A model generated the notes under the pieces. That model saw only the letters and a list, made by a program, of their open reading frames with translations, ran no database searches and was not told where the DNA came from. From NCBI GenBank assembly GCA_964036045.1, contig OZ038378.1, positions 173,910,001 to 173,974,000 on the forward strand: a stretch of 64,000 bases of DNA, in the 5' to 3' direction. This DNA comes from Eutreptiella sp. 'Long Island Sound 2002'. Its lineage: Eukaryota > Protista > Euglenida. The position numbers and the translations under genes are program-made. Positions 48,619-61,209 of this stretch are shown one piece after another. Position 1 is the first letter of the stretch. Each line of letters starts with the position of its first letter.

Positions 48619-48621
<3 letters not shown>

Positions 48622-48711
<90 letters not shown>
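48622..48711. repeat. (TG)n microsatellite
   Basis: About 45 perfect dinucleotide units. Confidence 0.98.
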
Positions 48712-48712
<1 letters not shown>

Positions 48713-49570
48713 CGCTGGCAGCTCGGGACGTGGGAAAAGACGCCTCAAATGCCGCACCGCCAGTGAACGCGGTGCAGGCCCTACAAAACAAAAACAGGAG
48801 CAGCACAACCAACGGGCCCAGCCCGGGCCTGGCCAAGCGAGGGCCCAGGTTGCATTGCACAGCGTGGTTCTGCGCGGTGCACTGCGCACGGACACTCGGA
48901 TTTTCAATCCTGGGGGGGGTGCTTCAATAGCACGCTGGGAAGCCTACGGGCATGGCAATTCCCCCGCTGAGGTCCCTGGTATCAGAGTCGGCTTATCCTC
49001 AGTGCGTGTCGTGTCTGCTACCACGGTTCTCTGTGGGGCATTCGTCGAACGGGACTGCTCTGAAGTTTGACTCCTAGAATCATCTCCAGTACCACATGAT
49101 GATGGAGCACCAACAGCTCATTTTGGTCTGGACCCCAACCCCCAATCTTTTCCCCACAAAAGAACTGTGTGCTGACAAGGACGGCACCAGCCCCAAACCA
49201 CGAAAAAAAACTTCATATTCATTGACAACAAGAAAAAGGCACCACCAAATTCCATGGCCCCAAAGGTTGTGGAAACCACGCCTTGTGTTGTTCTGACAAA
49301 GGGCGTTGTTCTCGCAAAGGGGGGGGGGATTAGTCAGGAATTCCACCCAAGCTCCGGCCGCGCCTGCCATCACAGTCTTCATTGCCTTCAGTTCAATGCC
49401 GTGACAAGTGTTCCGGCGTTTGAGCAGCCGAAGGGGGGCAGAGGGGGGAGGGGGTGTCCAAAGGCAGCTCTCGAGACATGAGGGGTCAGTGCAAAGGGTC
49501 CAGGTGAGTGGGTACATTGTATGTTAGCGGTAGTATGCAAGGGGTCATCCCTGGGGTGTTGCCCTAGCCC

Positions 49571-49726
49571 TGCCCATATATAGGGGCCTTTTTGGCAGTG
49601 CAAAGTGTCCCCATGCCCCTATATAGGGGCCTTTTTGGCAGTGCAAAGTGTCCCCATGCCCCTATATAGGGGCCTTTTTGGCAGTGCAAAGTGTCCCCAT
49701 GCCCATATATAGGGGCCTTTTTGGCA
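49571..49726. repeat. 43-bp tandem repeat x3.6 with a palindromic core; related cluster at 50370-50452
   Basis: Unit TGCCC(A/C)TATATAGGGGCCTTTTTGGCAGTGCAAAGTGTCCCCA. GCCCCTATATAGGGGC is a perfect 16-bp palindrome. Confidence 0.92.
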
Positions 49727-51101
49727 CTGTGCATAGCAGGAACTGCTTACGAATGCTTTGTTGATGTTGTTCTAAGGGTCCAAGAGGCCAGCCACACAGT
49801 GTAAGTGTGCTCCCTGTCACAAGAAGGAGGGGCTGACGTCTACCTACAGTATCTGACCACTGCATGTGCCCTCACGTGAGCCACTGACAGCTTCGGTTTG
49901 TTTGGGCGTCGTGGGTAGTGATTTCGGGCCGATTTCAGAGCAAAAATACCCCTGCAAAGTTCCCCCCCTCCCCCTGCAATCTACCTCTGGTTGGCATGCC
50001 TACCTTATGGCTGGCTTGCCTACCTGGTGATTGGCTGATGACGTGATCCGAACACTATTGAAACAATATGTCAACCCAACATTACCTTGTCGACCTTCAG
50101 GGCCAGGCTGTCAGAACCATGCTGGCTTCCACACCCGGTGGCCTGCCAAACTCCCCCATCCTCCCAAGCGCACGATGATCCCCCCCAACCCCCCGGGGAA
50201 GGGCACCCAAATGACCCCCCCCCCCCAGCACGGGGGAGGGGGGGATTGCAAGGGTACATGAACCCAATCCCAACAACTGCCCAAGGCCCGTCCCATTCCA
50301 CTTGCAGTACACAAGCAGCACACATCATCAGCATGGGATTGCATCACTCAGGCGCCCCATCATCAACCGGGGCTTTTTGGCAATGCAAAGCGTCCCCATG
50401 CCCATATATAGGGGGCTTTTTGACAGTTCAAAGTGTCCCCATGCCCATATCCACTGGCACAGTGTGGAGATCCTTTCCCAAGACCACACCACTTTGAATT
50501 TTTGGACATGATTGACTGTCATCACAAGCACTGAGTGAAGCTGCGAAGGCATATGACGAGCACCAGCAAATTTACAAAAAGTGCCCCCCCCCCCATCTGG
50601 TTCAAGGGGGGGGGGGCAGAGTACTCCTTTGGAGATTCGTCGAACTCACTCCCAAGGCACGAGAGCGGCCCTTGTGTGCGCTTCTCAGCAGGGCTTTTGG
50701 TGGGCACTAGACCGCAACCCAAAGGTACATCGGGTGGAGGGATGATATGAATCTCTGTACGCAAATCATGCATTGCTAAAGCGAGGGGCACAGTCACACT
50801 GTTCACACATACTCACAGAAACGCAAAGCTCTTGGACTTTGATCTGCAGGCTTGTCTGTATGAAGTGCTGACACACAGTATGAGTGGGTTTCTGGGCATA
50901 TATTAAGAAGGCATGCAGAGTAGATATGATCACACATAAGTGTGAGGGTACACTATGAGTGCGGTCCAGAGCGTTCGCATTGTGGTATCAGTTTCGATGG
51001 AGTGTTCAAGTGGCTGATTCTGTGAAGCAAATACAAAATGCCAGTGGTTCTCCAGGCAGATACAGGGCCGAAGTGTCGGTGAGCTCAGGTGTCAGATACT
51101 T

Positions 51102-51107
51102 GGGGGG

Positions 51108-51151
<44 letters not shown>

Positions 51152-51541
51152 CGGAATGTGTGAAATTTGGTTCGGCGAAATTCAGTGCGGAGAAAATTTG
51201 GCACCAAGTCTTAAATGCCACTGGGAAATTTGGTACAAAAATCCCCAGATCGTGGCACAACAAGCACAGACCAGTGAATGGTTGTTGTTATGTCTTGGGG
51301 TCTGCTCGATGCTTTGCACGTTCCATGTGCACGTTCCCATGAAGATTACGTCCTCCACAATAAAGGGGGGGCCAATTGACCAAACAACGACACTATCAAA
51401 ACACCCTCCCAAAGTGCCGAAGGGGCGGGAACAAAGTGTGGCACAATCACTGAACACCCAGAGATCCTGAAAATACCGCGGCATAATTTGGCACAATTTT
51501 ACTGTGTCAAATTTCGCCCATTCCGAACCCCCCCTCCCCCC
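51102..51541. mobile_element. MITE-like element
   Basis: Gn-TTCGGAATGTGTGAAATTT at the left pairs with AAATTTCGCCCATTCCGAA-Cn at the right. Confidence 0.6.
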
Positions 51542-52334
51542 GGTACACAGCTCACCTTGTGTCCTGCTGTGTACTGCTGTGCAGAGCCGTGCACCTTGAT
51601 GCACGGCTGTGGACAGGGGCCCTGCGCGGCTGTTTACTGGTGCACGGCTGTGCACTCCGGCCGTGTACTGCTGTGCACTGCTGTGCACCGCTGTGGCCTC
51701 ACGCCTGCACCCCGACGCTTTGGGGGTATTGAGTGCGTGGTTGGCGCCCAGCCTATGAAGCTACGGGCCGCTGGTACGCAGTGGGCTGGCCCCCCGTGGA
51801 GCATGGGGCGGGACAGGACCGCTCACTGCGGAGCACATAGACACATCGTATGGCTGTGCGTGAGGGGGGGGCAGGCCAGACTTTCAGGTGGTGTATATCG
51901 CAGTCCGCACGGGTACACGGGTAAAAATTTTGAGATACACACGGATGCACACCATACATTTCTGAGATACACAGTGAGACACACGGCAGTCTTTGAAACG
52001 ATCTTTGTCTTGAACATCGTAAAGTGCCCCAACCAATGGGACGCCCTGAATCCAGACCCAACGAGGGGATTGGAGTGTGGCAAAGTACACAGCGTTCTGA
52101 CCATCATGAGTGAATGGGAAACAGAGATGGAGGAGTGGGGACAGGAGAAACACCCCAATACACCCCGATCCACACGAAAAGATTTTGCGACACACACCGA
52201 TACACACTTCCAGAAACTGCGATACACTCGATGCACAAATCTCAAAATCTGCGATACACACTGACTGAACGCCTGGCACAGGCCCTGTGGCCCACGCGCC
52301 GCCGCGGAATGCCATCGCAGGACCGTGGGGCAGA

Positions 52335-52826
52335 CTAGGGACTGTCGCAGGGCCACTGGTCACCGGCTCCGTTTGGGGCGTGCACGTCCAACAGCACCAG
52401 TTTCTCGTCGTTGTCGTCGCGCGCGCTGATGCTGACCCACATCGCCGCGAGCACCATAAGGGCCGCCCCGGCGGTGGTGGCTCCCGAAGGGCACCCCTCG
52501 ACGCCGACCAGCAGCCCCAGGGCGATGGCCGTCGGCGGCTCCATCGCCAGAAACGTCGAGACCACTACGGGGCTGACGTACTTCGACACGACGGTCGTCC
52601 CCAAGTACCCGACGAAGATGGCCAGAGCGCCCGCGTGCAGCGGCACGTTCCACTGCGGGTGGAGGAAGCCGAACAGGCCGCCCCAGATCCCCGTCGTGGG
52701 CCGCGCGCCGAGGGACAGGCCGATGGCCAGTGTGGCGGCGGTGGCGACGGCCATCGTGATGTTCATGAAGAGCACGACGGGGATGTGGTTGCGGGTGGCG
52801 GCCATGGCCATCAGTAGCAGGCACAC
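52335..52826 (-). CDS. EamA/DMT-family transporter, last exon
   Basis: CCGCAG| acceptor. Hydrophobic helices VCLLLMAM...VSKYVSPVVVSTFLAMEPPTAIALGLLVGVE...AGAALMVLAA, ending at TAG. Confidence 0.85.
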   Translation of the reverse strand: MCLLLMAMAATRNHIPVVLFMNITMAVATAATLAIGLSLGARPTTGIWGGLFGFLHPQWNVPLHAGALAIFVGYLGTTVVSKYVSPVVVSTFLAMEPPTAIALGLLVGVEGCPSGATTAGAALMVLAAMWVSISARDDNDEKLVLLDVHAPNGAGDQWPCDSP

Positions 52827-55800
52827 CTGCGGCGGTCGGTACAGGGATGGCGAAGGCCAAAGCGTCCTTCATGAGGCCCCAACATCCCCACACCGTCCCC
52901 ACTCCCCGCCCACACACTCCCCACACACTCCACACACCCTCCCCATCCTCCCCACGCCCTCCCCACGCCCCTCACACACCCTCCCCATATCCCCCGCACA
53001 CCCTCCCCACACCGTCCTCAAGACTGGCGAGGCGTTGGCCGGCCCTGATGTACGCCTGCATCGCGGGCTGTCAAGTCCTCCCTCTCTAGACGGCACAGCA
53101 TCACAAAGTGCCAGCTGCACACCGTGACAGTGTGCCAGCTGCACACCGTGACAGTGTGCCAGCTGCAAACAAAATAGAAAGCGAGCAGCACAACATCGCA
53201 GAGTGCCCGCATGGCAGCGTGACAATGTGCAGTTGCACAGCATCACACCGTGCCTGTAGCACGTCATGACAGTGTGCGTCATGACATTGTGCCCACTGCA
53301 CGTTGTGACAGTGTGCCTGCTGCTTAGAATCACAGAGTGCCTACGGCGTAGCATTACTGGGTGCCAGCTTTGCGGCATCACAGACTACCTGCAGCGGAGC
53401 GTCGCAGCGTGCTAGCTACGCAACGGTATAGAGTGCCTGCAGCACATCATCATAGAGGGTCCCAGAGTGCGTGCTGCACAACAGTACGGTGAGCTTGCTG
53501 CACAGCATGACAGTGTGCCTCCCCTTTGCTGTGTGCCAATGTGCAGAAGGGTAGAAACGCTCCCCCTCTACCCTGTGCTCGTGCACATGGGCAGAAGCAA
53601 CCCCGGCCTGCCCGGTGCCAACGAGCCCTACGCCGCCAAGGGCCAGCCGCACCTCGGGAGCGGGAGCAAGCAGTTCGTTGTGAGGGCTGTGGTCAAGGCC
53701 ATGGCACGCAGCAGCACCCTGCGTGACAAGCGGGGCATGGCCCTTCGTCGCCGGGGGTAGGCGTCACCCAAGGGAAACACGGGGAGGGGCCGTCAAGGGC
53801 TTGGGGTGGGCATTTCGTATGGCAAGGCCAGCTGATCAGCGGAGTCGTCAGGGACACCCCCCCCCCCCCTCTCCCTCCCTCCGTGTCCGAGACAGTGCAG
53901 AGGCAGGGGTGCGAGCAGGGGCCGAGGCATGGGCGGTGGGCCTCAGGGTAGGTTGTGTGAGGGACAGTGGCAGGGCAATGGCAGGTGCGGGCAGGGACTT
54001 TGGTGGAGGCAGTGCGAGGGGCTATGTCAAGGGCAGATTAGGGGGCTGCGGGAGGAGAGGAGACAGGGTCCGGGTGGCTCCGGGGGTGCTAGGGTGGGGC
54101 CTCGGGGTGGAGCCAGGGGCGCTCTCTGTGCCAAGGGCCAAGGGTGCTTGGAGGGTGTGGGCGGGGGGGGGGGGGGGGCAGTGTGGGGATTTGGATTTGG
54201 ATTTGGATTTGGATTTGGGTGCCCATCTTAAGGCTCACAGGACGCCCGGGGCAGAGCACGGTGGCGTCCCTGACGACTTTACAGATCGATTACCCTCCAG
54301 GCCCTAGGGGACGGGCCTCTGCTTGCGTTTCCATTTGCACCCTGGAGGCTCTCTGGGAAGCCCCCTGGGAGGCCCCGCTAGACGATGGCGGTGACGGAGA
54401 CCTCCGCAACATCCACCTCGACCTCAGCCCTGATCTGGAGGTGGCCGAGGACGACAGGTACCTTTTCAGCTAAGCGCCCCTCCCGCCTCCCCCACTCACC
54501 TCCGCTCCCTCTCCCGCCGGCTGCAGGCTGAGCTCTCAGCGTCAGCACAACCCCAGGCCAGGCACCACCACTCAGGGCAGGGAAGACTGGCTTGGTGAGC
54601 AGCGGAACCCTGGTCCTGGAACCCCGCACCGCAGCTGTACCCGACCTTGCCCCAACTCCGCACTTGGTGCCCACACGTCCCCCGACACCTAGGGCCCTCG
54701 CCCCTTGCCCCTGCCGTGCACGGAACGAGCACTGGTAAGCGGCATGTTGGCTTTGTGCTGTGTTGGTGCCAAGCTTGCTAGCCTTGGTATTCGCCGGGGC
54801 CGCCGCGCCCAGGGAGGCGAGGTCATGGCCCACCAGGGCGCGGCCCACGGCCCACAGCCCACAGCCCTTGGGCGTTTACTAGTCACTGGCGGGTGTGCCG
54901 GTGTTCTCTGGGCACCCCGTGGGGCCCACACGGGCGAGGTTACAGCCCACCGGGGCGGCTAATGTGGCATGGGCCGGCGGCGGGGTTGCACCGGGATCCC
55001 TCGATCAGCAGCGCTCGGCGCCTGGCAGCGGAACCAGAGGGGGCACTGGCGCGTTGCGGCGTCGGACGGGGAGGGGTCCCAGTTTCCAGAGAGGTGCCAG
55101 CAGAGCGGCTACGTCCGCCGGCGACGTCCCCCGGTTCCAATGCAGGCGGGAGGAACGCCACAGCGGGACGTTGAGGCCGTAGCGCCAGCAGAGAGCCTCG
55201 TGGAGCGTGGCCCTTGCAACGGCGAGGCCCCGGGGGGCCCGTTGCAATGGCGAGCACACCCACTCACGGTTTGTTTCAGCAGCCGTCCAGTAGAGGAAGC
55301 ACCCCATGAGGATCCAGGGACTGCTGCGTTCATGCGGCTTCAGGCGACGCCTGGCACACCTTCCCCAACTAGTTAGGTTAGGACTACAGGTGGTCCCTGC
55401 ACGGGGAGGGGGGGGTAGGGGGGGGGGCTCACAGTAAAAAGTTCTCCCCAACCCTTGGCATTTGGCCATTTGTGACCCTGTGCCATTGTGCCAAGCCATG
55501 AGGCTTTGATGACAGGTGATCCCATGTGTGTTGGGACCATAGGTTGAAAAACCCTGTCGTCCGTTGCGGGGGAGCCCCGGTGGTGTACCCCTTCGCACGT
55601 GGATGCCTTTGCCCGTGCCTGGGTCGCTGCCCGGGGGCTCGTGCAGGCCTGGCGCCAACGCCCACAGGTGCAGGTCGCGTTCCACGAGCCCTGAGCCCAG
55701 GTTTGCGGGCACCAGCACAGCAGCTGCCAGCGAGGAGGTTCAGGGTCCACCCCACCCCCGTTCCCGGCGAGCAACGTCAGGGCCAGTGGGAACGCACCGC

Positions 55801-56384
55801 CACCAAACCCAAGGGGAACGGCCACCCCAGTGATATGTTCGGGCAGGGCGCGACCTGCATCGCGGACCCCGACACGCCTGAGCCGCAACCCCCGCGTCGG
55901 GTCATCGGGTCGTCAAATCTGCACCTCCCCAGAAGGCGCACGCCAGGGGACGACCGGTGTCGGGCCGTGAGCCATTCAGCGCGTGCCTCTACACAGCTGT
56001 AACGCAGTGTCACCCCCGAGCCCCCCCACCCCCCACCCCTTAATCCAACCCCCCACCCCCCAACCCTGCCCAGGGACGCGGCAGACGCTCCCTCCCCCTC
56101 CGGCCCAGCAGCGGACGGGGTATGCATTTCACGCATGGCTGGCCGATACGCAGAGTTTTCGGGAAGCCATCATGCGCCTCCCGGGCGGCCTGCGAGCCTT
56201 GATATTGGCTTAAAATCAAATCAAATCAATTCTCCCGCACCATCCCTGCACCCTCCCCACACTCTCCCCACCCACCCCCACCCCACACCCTCCCCACACC
56301 CTCCCCACACCCTCGGGTGGTAGGAGGGCCCACTGGGGTGCAACTCAGTGTGAGGGAGCTGGTGTTCCACTTGTTGTTAGTGGA

Positions 56385-56750
56385 GGTGTTGGTGTTGGTG
56401 TTGGTGTTTCTGTTGTCATTGGTGTTGGTGTTGGTGTTGGTGTTGGCATTGGTAGTTGGTCGTTGGTGTTGGCGTTGGCGTTGGTGTTGGTGTTGGCGTT
56501 TCTGTTGGTGCTGGTGTTGGTGTTGGTGTTGGCGTTGGCATTGGCGTTGGTGTTGGCGTTGGTGTTGGCGTTGGCATTGGCGTTGGTGTGTTGGTGTTGG
56601 CGTTGACGTTGGTGTTGATGCTGGTGTTGGTGGTGGCGTTGGTGTTGGTGTTGGTGTTGGTGTTGGTGTTGGTGTTGGTGTTGGTGTTGCCGTTGGTGTT
56701 AGTATTGGTGTTGGTTTTGGCGTTGGTGTTGTGTTGGTGCTGGCGTTGAG
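56385..56750. repeat. (GGTGTT/GGCGTT)n hexamer microsatellite in an EamA intron
   Basis: Seen directly. Confidence 0.95.
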
Positions 56751-56917
56751 GTGGAGGACGGTGAAGCGGTCCGGCTGCACAATGCCAAAACGCTCGCATG
56801 TGGGGAGGGTGTGGTGGAGGGTGTGGGCAGGATGTGGGGGAAGAGCGGGGATAGATGCGAGGAGGACCAGAGGGACGGGGACGGGGACGGGGATGGGGAC
56901 GCCACAAGGGAACAGAC

Positions 56918-57250
56918 CGCGTAGGACGCCACAAGCCCCATGCCGTCGCCGTACAGCATGTCCCCACGGCTGATGGCCTTGGTGTCGGCCATCCCCCCAA
57001 AGACTACCCCCGCCATGCCCACCATCGCGAGTCCGACGCCCATGAGCTCCCCCGGGCTCACGGGTCGCAACGCCAAGAGGCGCAGGACGATGATAAGGAG
57101 TGGGTGGAGGTTGCAGAACAGCACCGCCTGGGGGATGGTGGTGTACGCGATGGCGATGTTGCAGCAGAGCCCGTTCAGTGCGGTGTACAGGCCGCACTGC
57201 GCGAGGCACACCCACGACAGGGGGTTCGTTAGGAACGCCTTCTCTTCGGG
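56918..57250 (-). CDS. EamA/DMT-family transporter, middle exon
   Basis: TTCAG|...|GTCTGT borders, 111 codons in phase 0. YTTIPQAVLFCNLHPLLIIVL...GELMGVGLAMVG...GDMLYGDGMGLVASYA. Confidence 0.85.
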
Positions 57251-57883
57251 CTGAACAACACAAAAATGAAGGGGGCGCGGAAGAGCAGCGCCGTCCTTAA
57301 TCCACAAAAACAACGGCCCCGTTAGGCCCAGATTGTGGAGAAGCACTTGTAGAGAAGACCCCTTCAACCGCCGTGCCCCCCAACCGCCGTCGGTTCCTTC
57401 CAACCGCCGAAGGTTACCCTCCAACGGCCGTTGGTTACCACTAATCGCCGTCGGATAGCCTCCAACCGCCGTCGGTTACCACCAACCAATGACCTGTCCT
57501 TAAGGACCGTCCCGAATAAACAAAACAAGGGACCTAAAGGACACCCCTGCGCAAGACCAGGAAGAGAATTGCTCCAAGGCAACCTCCTGTGGGCTCCCGT
57601 GCCCCGGGCCATTTCCCGCCCAACCACCAGCGGGGGCCTAGTGGCCGTCACGTGACCGTGCGTGACTGTGGGTGCCATGACGCGACCGTGATGCACCCCC
57701 CCACTCCCCCTCCAGACCTGAAGCTGCCAGGCAAGCATGTATTAAAAGAGAGGAGGAGGGCGGGGGGGGGGGGGGGGGCGGAACCCAAAAGCTTGGAGAC
57801 CCAAAAAGGCCCAAAAAAATCAATTTCAGTAAAGGTTCAGGGTTTTCCCTCTCTCAAATCTGGGTCCAGGGGGGGGGGGGGGG

Positions 57884-58140
57884 GTATGCCATAAAGGCCG
57901 AGTAGGTATGCCGGTTAATACTTGTGTGTGTGGGGGGGGATATGCCATAATGGGGGAGTGTACATGCCAGTGAATAGTTGTGTATGTGTGTGTGGGGGGG
58001 TTAATCCATAAAGGCGGAGTGGATATGCCGGTTAATACTTGTGGGTGGGTGGGGGGATGCCATAACGGCGGAGTAGGTATGCCGGTTACTACTTGTGTGG
58101 GGTGTATGGCATAAAGGCGGAGTAGATATGGCGGTTCATG
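57884..58140. repeat. Degenerate minisatellite of about 55-60 bp, x4-5
   Basis: Recurring ATGCCATAAAGGCGGAGTAGGTATGCCGGTTAATACTTGTG. Confidence 0.75.
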
Positions 58141-58870
58141 CTTCCGCGTGTACGCACTGGTTTGCGTTTTCAGAAGGAAAAAGTCTGAATTGTTGACCCC
58201 AACACCTGGCGTCTGCCCCTTGGTCCAGGGGGGGGGGGGTAACCCCCCCCCCCTCTCCTCCTCCAATGGTTTCAGCCTCCTTGCTGCCTGGCAAGGGTAC
58301 TCCCTCTCTCGCTACTCACGACCGAGTCCCAGGTGGACATCTGTTGCCATGTAGGGAGTTGCCCATCCCAAGTTGTCGATTGCCACCAATCCCTTAAGTG
58401 CTCGAGTAACTCCCTCAGCAACGCACCCACATTGCAGACATCATTTAGGGGGAATGGGATTGACTTCGCAGGTCGAAATCGGAGGGGGATTTCAAATGCA
58501 AATAATTTTTGATCTTTGACCCACCCCCACACCCCCTCTGACACCCACACACCCCATCTGATACCCACCCCCCCCTCTGACATCGGACACAGCCCCTCCT
58601 CCGACCCATTATCACAGCCCCGACTCCCCTCCTCTTACCCATCCACACACCCACGCAGCCCCGGAGTTCACAGCCCCACAGTGACATGCGAAATCGCGAA
58701 TGAAAGGCTGGTGCAATGCGGGTCTGGCGCGCTTCGCGTACCTTCGGCATGACGACGGGGGGAAGGGGGGCTTATCGAACCCGAAGACACGACAACGCAC
58801 GCGCAGTTTACCCGGAGATAAGACGCCACACGGCGCGCGCGCGCCTCAGCCCCACGACCCCGTCGCACAC

Positions 58871-59532
58871 CTCCAACCCGTGCCTGCACAGCCACCAGAC
58901 GCTGATGGGGGCAAACAGCACCGTGCAGATGCCGGTGCGCCAGCCGCTCAACAGGACCGTGGCCACCAGTCTCGCCTCCGCCGGGATGGCGATGAAGCGG
59001 AGGATCGGGGCCAGCGACCCGAAGCACACCACGACGACCGCCAAGATCCCCACCCGATCGCAGGGCGCGCGTACTCCACGAACGCGTAGTACAGCGTTGG
59101 GGCGCCCGGGGCCTCCGCGCCCTGCGACACGAGGACCAGGGACTTGAGCCGGGACGGCAGCGCGATGCAGTCCGTCGCGGCCGCGTCGGCCCCACCTGGC
59201 GGCAGGAGCAGCACGTTGAACTCCTCGTCAGTGCCGACCAGGTACCAGTCGGTGCTGCCGCGAGGGCTCCGAATGCAGCTGAGGTCCGCGCCCGTGAGGT
59301 CGCCGGGGGCCGCGCACGCGTGGCGCACGGCCGAGGGCGACAGCAGGGCTTCGTACGGCAGCATCGGGCTGGCGGGCCCCGACGCGGCGGAGTCGCGCGC
59401 GCAGGGAGGCAGCAGGGGGGACGCGACGCCGGGGGTGTGGGGTGCGGCATTGGGGACCAGCACTGCGCGGGAGGTGCTCAGTAGGGTGTCAACGAACACG
59501 GCGCTGCTTCCGACGGTCGGCGACAACACCTC
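58871..59532 (-). CDS. EamA/DMT-family transporter, upstream exon (N-terminal soluble region plus first helices); one-base gap in a G run at about 59050
   Basis: ATTCAG|...|GTGTGC borders. Adding one G in TGGGGATC restores PAIGWGILAVVVVCFGSLAPILRFI...LSGWRTGICTVLFAP and gives 221 codons in phase 0. The start exon was not identified. Confidence 0.75.
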
Positions 59533-61209
59533 CTGAATCGCATCACATGGATGGGGGAAAGCGCGGACACACACACCGAGCTATCGTTGGTCCCGAGTAT
59601 GGAATACCGCGGCATGGGTCACGGCACGCCAATGTCAACACCTGCAGCAACGACTGGGCGCCAACAAGTGATGGCGTGCAGTGATACAGCGTGCCCACCA
59701 CCACACGACTCCGCGCCGCGCCGCACCCTACCCCACCCCACACAACACCACACCACACCACACCACACCACACCCTGAGTACTCCCCAGTTCCTATTCAT
59801 GCGCTGGGTGCCGGGTGCGAAACTCCGCACGACAGGGCCCGGGCACTGCCCTAGCGGCGGTGTACTAATAGTGTCAGGTGTGCGCACGCCCCAGTGCCAA
59901 ACACCACCCCCAGGGAGCCCGCGGCCCCCTAGTACCGCTAGTACCCCTAGTAGCGGCCGCCTAGGCTTCGGGAACGGTCAGCGACCCCTAGTGAGGACGG
60001 CTGGCACAGCCTCCCCCTCCTCTCCCCCAGCGCGCCCGCCCCGCACACAGGGCCCTCCGCAAAGCCTTGGCACGCGCCTCCCCCACGCTGAGTGCTTCTG
60101 CCCCCCCTGCCGCCGCCCCCCGCCCGCCCTTGTGCCCCCCTCCCATTCCCACCTGCACCCCCGTCCCCACAGAAGGAGTGGCCGACGGCGTGGAGGCCCC
60201 CCCACAGTGGGGCTTCGCCGGCAGCGTCGCGGCCAGGTGTGTGCCAGTGATAGAGGGACAAGGGGCGTAGCGGGGAGACGACCGTGCGGGGGAAAGAGGG
60301 GGCTGAAATGGTAGAGAGGGGGCAATGGGGCGGTCCAGTGAGACCTGTACCCTGCCCCCCCCCCCCCCTCCCCATGTACGATTGCGCTCCCGCCGCCGTC
60401 CCGGCGCGCCCCCCATCCACCCTTTCTCCTTGCACCCCTGCAGGGGCCACATCACCACGGCCAGGGAGAAGGGCCTGCCTCCCTGCGCCCGCCCGCCCCC
60501 ATTGCCCCTCAAGAGGGCCGGCCGGCGGCATGGGGGCCCCCCGAGGTGGGGCTTCACCAGCTCAGCCGCGGCCACGTTTGCCAGAGGGTAGCGGGAAAGG
60601 GGGCCGAGGGAAAGCGGGTCGTGGTGAGAGCGCGGGGACCTACAAGGCAATAGGGAGTGGTGGGACGGCCCGTGTAGGATCCCCCCCCCCCCTATGTGCC
60701 AACACTTGTGGGTGGTGCCCTATGCTAAGCGGAACCCTCCCATACTTGTGGGTTGTGCCCTATGCTGGGCGGAACCCTCTAGAAAAGGGGCATGGGTCCC
60801 CGCAACCCCCCGGAATGGGCGGCGTGGCCCCGCTAGTGGAGCGCTTCGAGGCCACGCCGCCCTTGCGCGGCCTTGGGTTTGTCTTGGGTTTTTTGGATTT
60901 TGAATTGAATTGTGTTTATTTGAGCTTGGCCTCTGTGGGCGCCCATCCGACTGGACACCTCGGTAAAGGTAACAAATATCCTTTGAGTATGGGCTCTGGG
61001 GGGGCGCACTTAACTGGACCTGGGGGAGCCCCTTACCCCCGTTAAGCATTAGTTACGGCGGTAGTGCAGTGTGTTTGCGATATTAATCAGCACAAATTTT
61101 TGCCCCGTAGACATGCCCCCTCCGGTGGTGCGCTCACCCTTGGGGCTGCCGTTGGGGGATCGGGGGCTGTTACCCCTCCTGGACACCTTCTGTGGTGTAG
61201 GTGCCGGGT

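Noticed and set aside
49571-49726. CRISPR-like appearance of the 43-bp array (and of the 90-bp satellite)
   Set aside because: The units are directly adjacent with no unique spacers, there are no cas genes, and the context is eukaryotic.
56226-57263. ORFs with Thr-Pro, Val-Gly or Trp-Cys repeats
   Set aside because: They derive from the (GGTGTT)n intronic microsatellite. The true frame is the EamA exon at 57250-56918.
59040-59060. Programmed frameshift or pseudogenisation of EamA (and LINE shifts at about 10500 and 13360)
   Set aside because: Each falls in a G homopolymer, so a sequencing or assembly indel is the simpler explanation.
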